Assembly (NCBI RefSeq): GCF_021869535.1
Contig: NW_026262604.1
Span: forward strand, 19,220,001 to 19,284,000
DNA from: Mytilus californianus
Taxonomy: Eukaryota
Direction of reading: 5' to 3'
DNA length: 64,000 nucleotides
In this document: positions 61,955 to 64,000 of the stretch, in pieces
Position numbering within the stretch: the stretch's first letter is position 1
Layout: each line of letters opens with the position of its first letter
Notes under the pieces: generated by a model
The model's input: the letters and a program-made list of their open reading frames with translations, nothing else
The model's database searches: none
Told to the model about the DNA's origin: nothing
Translations under genes and position numbers: made by a program

Positions 61955-63308
61955 TGTAACACTCAGAAACGTGTCCTTCCCCCCAAACGTGTCCGATTCC
62001 CCCAAACGTGTCCACACGACGTCACTGAACTGCAAAACATGTATAAATGTAAAAGGGCGCCAAAGCGTGTCATTTGTTTAAACGCCCAAACGTGTCCATT
62101 TTTTAATGAACACACAAACGTGCCCAATCCCCCAAACGTGTCCATATAAAGCTTAATTTTTTTTCTTTTACTGGAACTATCATTCGTGTCCATATTATAA
62201 ATACGTAGGTTATTTGGTTATTGTTTTTTTTCAATAACGTATACTCATTTTACTATTTCATTAAAAAATAGAAATAAATTACTTTAGGTCTTTTTTAAAC
62301 CGGCAGTATAACCTGGTTAAAAGTTGGGGCGTCCGTTCGGCTATGTTGGATGTAAATGTAAGCAGCCATGCTCAGTTAAATTTTAGATTTTAAATCAGAT
62401 ACCTCATGTAGGGAGAATGTCACATTCTCTGCGCATTAAAATACCTTTGTAGCAATTCACTCTTTCATGGTGCCATCAGTTGTATTTTGGAAGGCAACAT
62501 TTTTTTTAAATTTCCGCAACTTTTATTTAAAACGGCCTCTATTACATAACGGCCCAATCCCAAATTACCGGTATGATAATAGAACCTATATACAGTATTT
62601 ATTGTTAACATGATTTCGTTCAAATAATGCATGAAATATTTGGCAAAGGACGTTATTTCTCTTGTTCGTGTGTCTTTAGTGATGCTCGAAACATAAAATT
62701 TATTAGAAACCCGGAAAACCAGTTTTTGATTTGAAGAGCTTTTAGAATATCAGAACTGTTGAAAAAAAGGGAAGTCAATTCTAATGAAAGCCCGCCGTCG
62801 GATTAATATAAAAGGCATCATCAGAGTTTATTAGTAAGACATAATTTACATAGTAAGCGATTAATTCAACTGCACTAGAATTATTTGTATGTTCGCTCTA
62901 AATGAGCATGAAATACTTGCAACTGTACAATAAGCAATTTCAGTCAAAAATTAATTCATATGTTACATATTAAATTTGCAATTATGATAATCATTAACAA
63001 CTGGCATTGAACAGACTAATGCTAATAAATGACCACTTCATCAACTGTTTCCCCCCATCATAGAATTGCCGTAAACGCGTTATTGATTTCATTTAGGACA
63101 TACATGCTTTAGCGCTAAAAGACGTGAGACGTTCTGGCGTTAAATAGTGGACACGTTTTGGCGAATAACAATTATTGGACACGTTTGGGGGTTATGAAAT
63201 CGGACACGTTTGGGGAATATTGAATATTACGGACACGTTTGGGGAGAATAGACACGTTTGGGGGAATCGGACACGTTTGGGGGGAAGGACACGTTTGGGA
63301 GTGTTACA
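61955..63308. mobile_element. Foldback-like non-autonomous DNA element (about 1.35 kb) inserted in (TA)n
   Basis: TIR of about 50 bp (tgtaacactc..aaacgtgtccttccccccaaacgtgtccgattcccccaaacgtgtc and its inverse); subterminal arrays of ccccaaacgtgtcc at 61966-62145 and inverted at 63146-63300; TA runs on both sides. Confidence 0.85.
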
Positions 63309-64000
63309 TATATATACAATGTATGCAGATTCTAACAGTGCATAGAATGTATTACGAGTATTACGATATTTTGCCACTCGAGACAGTTAAATTTTGAAAG
63401 CAAGGCTCGTAAAAATTTAACTGTTGAGTGTGAACAAATTTTCTATTGCCCGAGATTTGGTGATGTAATCTATTTTTTTTAAATGATTTAAGGAAGATAT
63501 GTAAACAAACTTTATCTTTCTTTTGGAATAATCTCCAAACGAAAGAGTTTAAAATGTGATGTCATCTGCCATGATCGCTTTTTATCGATACGTCATAATA
63601 AGAATTGCATAGGAAAGCAAGAACATTGAACGTTATATTTGATTTTGCCCAATACAGAGCTGAGATCAACAAAACCACAAGTTGATTGTAAAAAAACAAT
63701 CAACCACCCGTGTAAAAAGTAAAATAACAAAAAAATCGAACTCCACGGAAATTCAAAAACAGAAAGTCTCCTCAAATAGCAAAAGGCTCAGAAAGAGAGG
63801 CGGAAGATAGCAAAGGGACAATCAAACTCATAAGTCGAAAATGAACTGACAATGCCATGTCTACAAAAGGGAAAAAACAACAGACTAACAACACGCACAT
63901 AAAGCATAGAAAACTAAAGACTGAAGCAGCACGAACCTAACCAAAAACTGGGGGGATCCAAGGTCTTCGGAATGGAAAGCAGATAATGTTCTACATGTGG

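Overview
AT-rich eukaryotic genomic DNA with spliceosomal introns and dense interspersed repeats. The repeat landscape and gene content suggest a bivalve mollusc, probably Mytilus-like (inference). Main contents, reconstructed by hand from splice signals and exon phases: (1) 733-9210 (+): a signal-peptide ORF with 28-aa Tyr/Thr/Ser/Asp repeats, a related repeat exon, and a rhodopsin-like 7TM exon. All three join in phase into one hypothetical 1065-aa GPCR with a very large repetitive ectodomain. (2) Two tandem paralogues of a multi-exon gene with an unusual architecture: two Ly6/uPAR-like three-finger domains, EB/EGF-like modules and a fibrinogen C-terminal domain. Copy A (14372-24155) is a multiply disabled pseudogene. 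Copy B (30623 to beyond 61728) is open across 11 exons but has one GT>AT donor lesion. (3) An ~18.9-kb TTAA-flanked DNA transposon (34594-53508) with a decayed, intron-containing Sola3-like transposase fills one intron of copy B and carries nested Helentron-type (HINE-like), hAT, Kolobok-like and retroelement insertions. (4) Penelope-like retroelement fragments with minimal hammerhead ribozyme motifs, a tRNA-derived SINE with a target-site duplication, foldback-like elements and small palindromic MITEs. There is one assembly gap (9213-9341). No rRNA genes, true tRNA genes or CRISPR arrays were seen.
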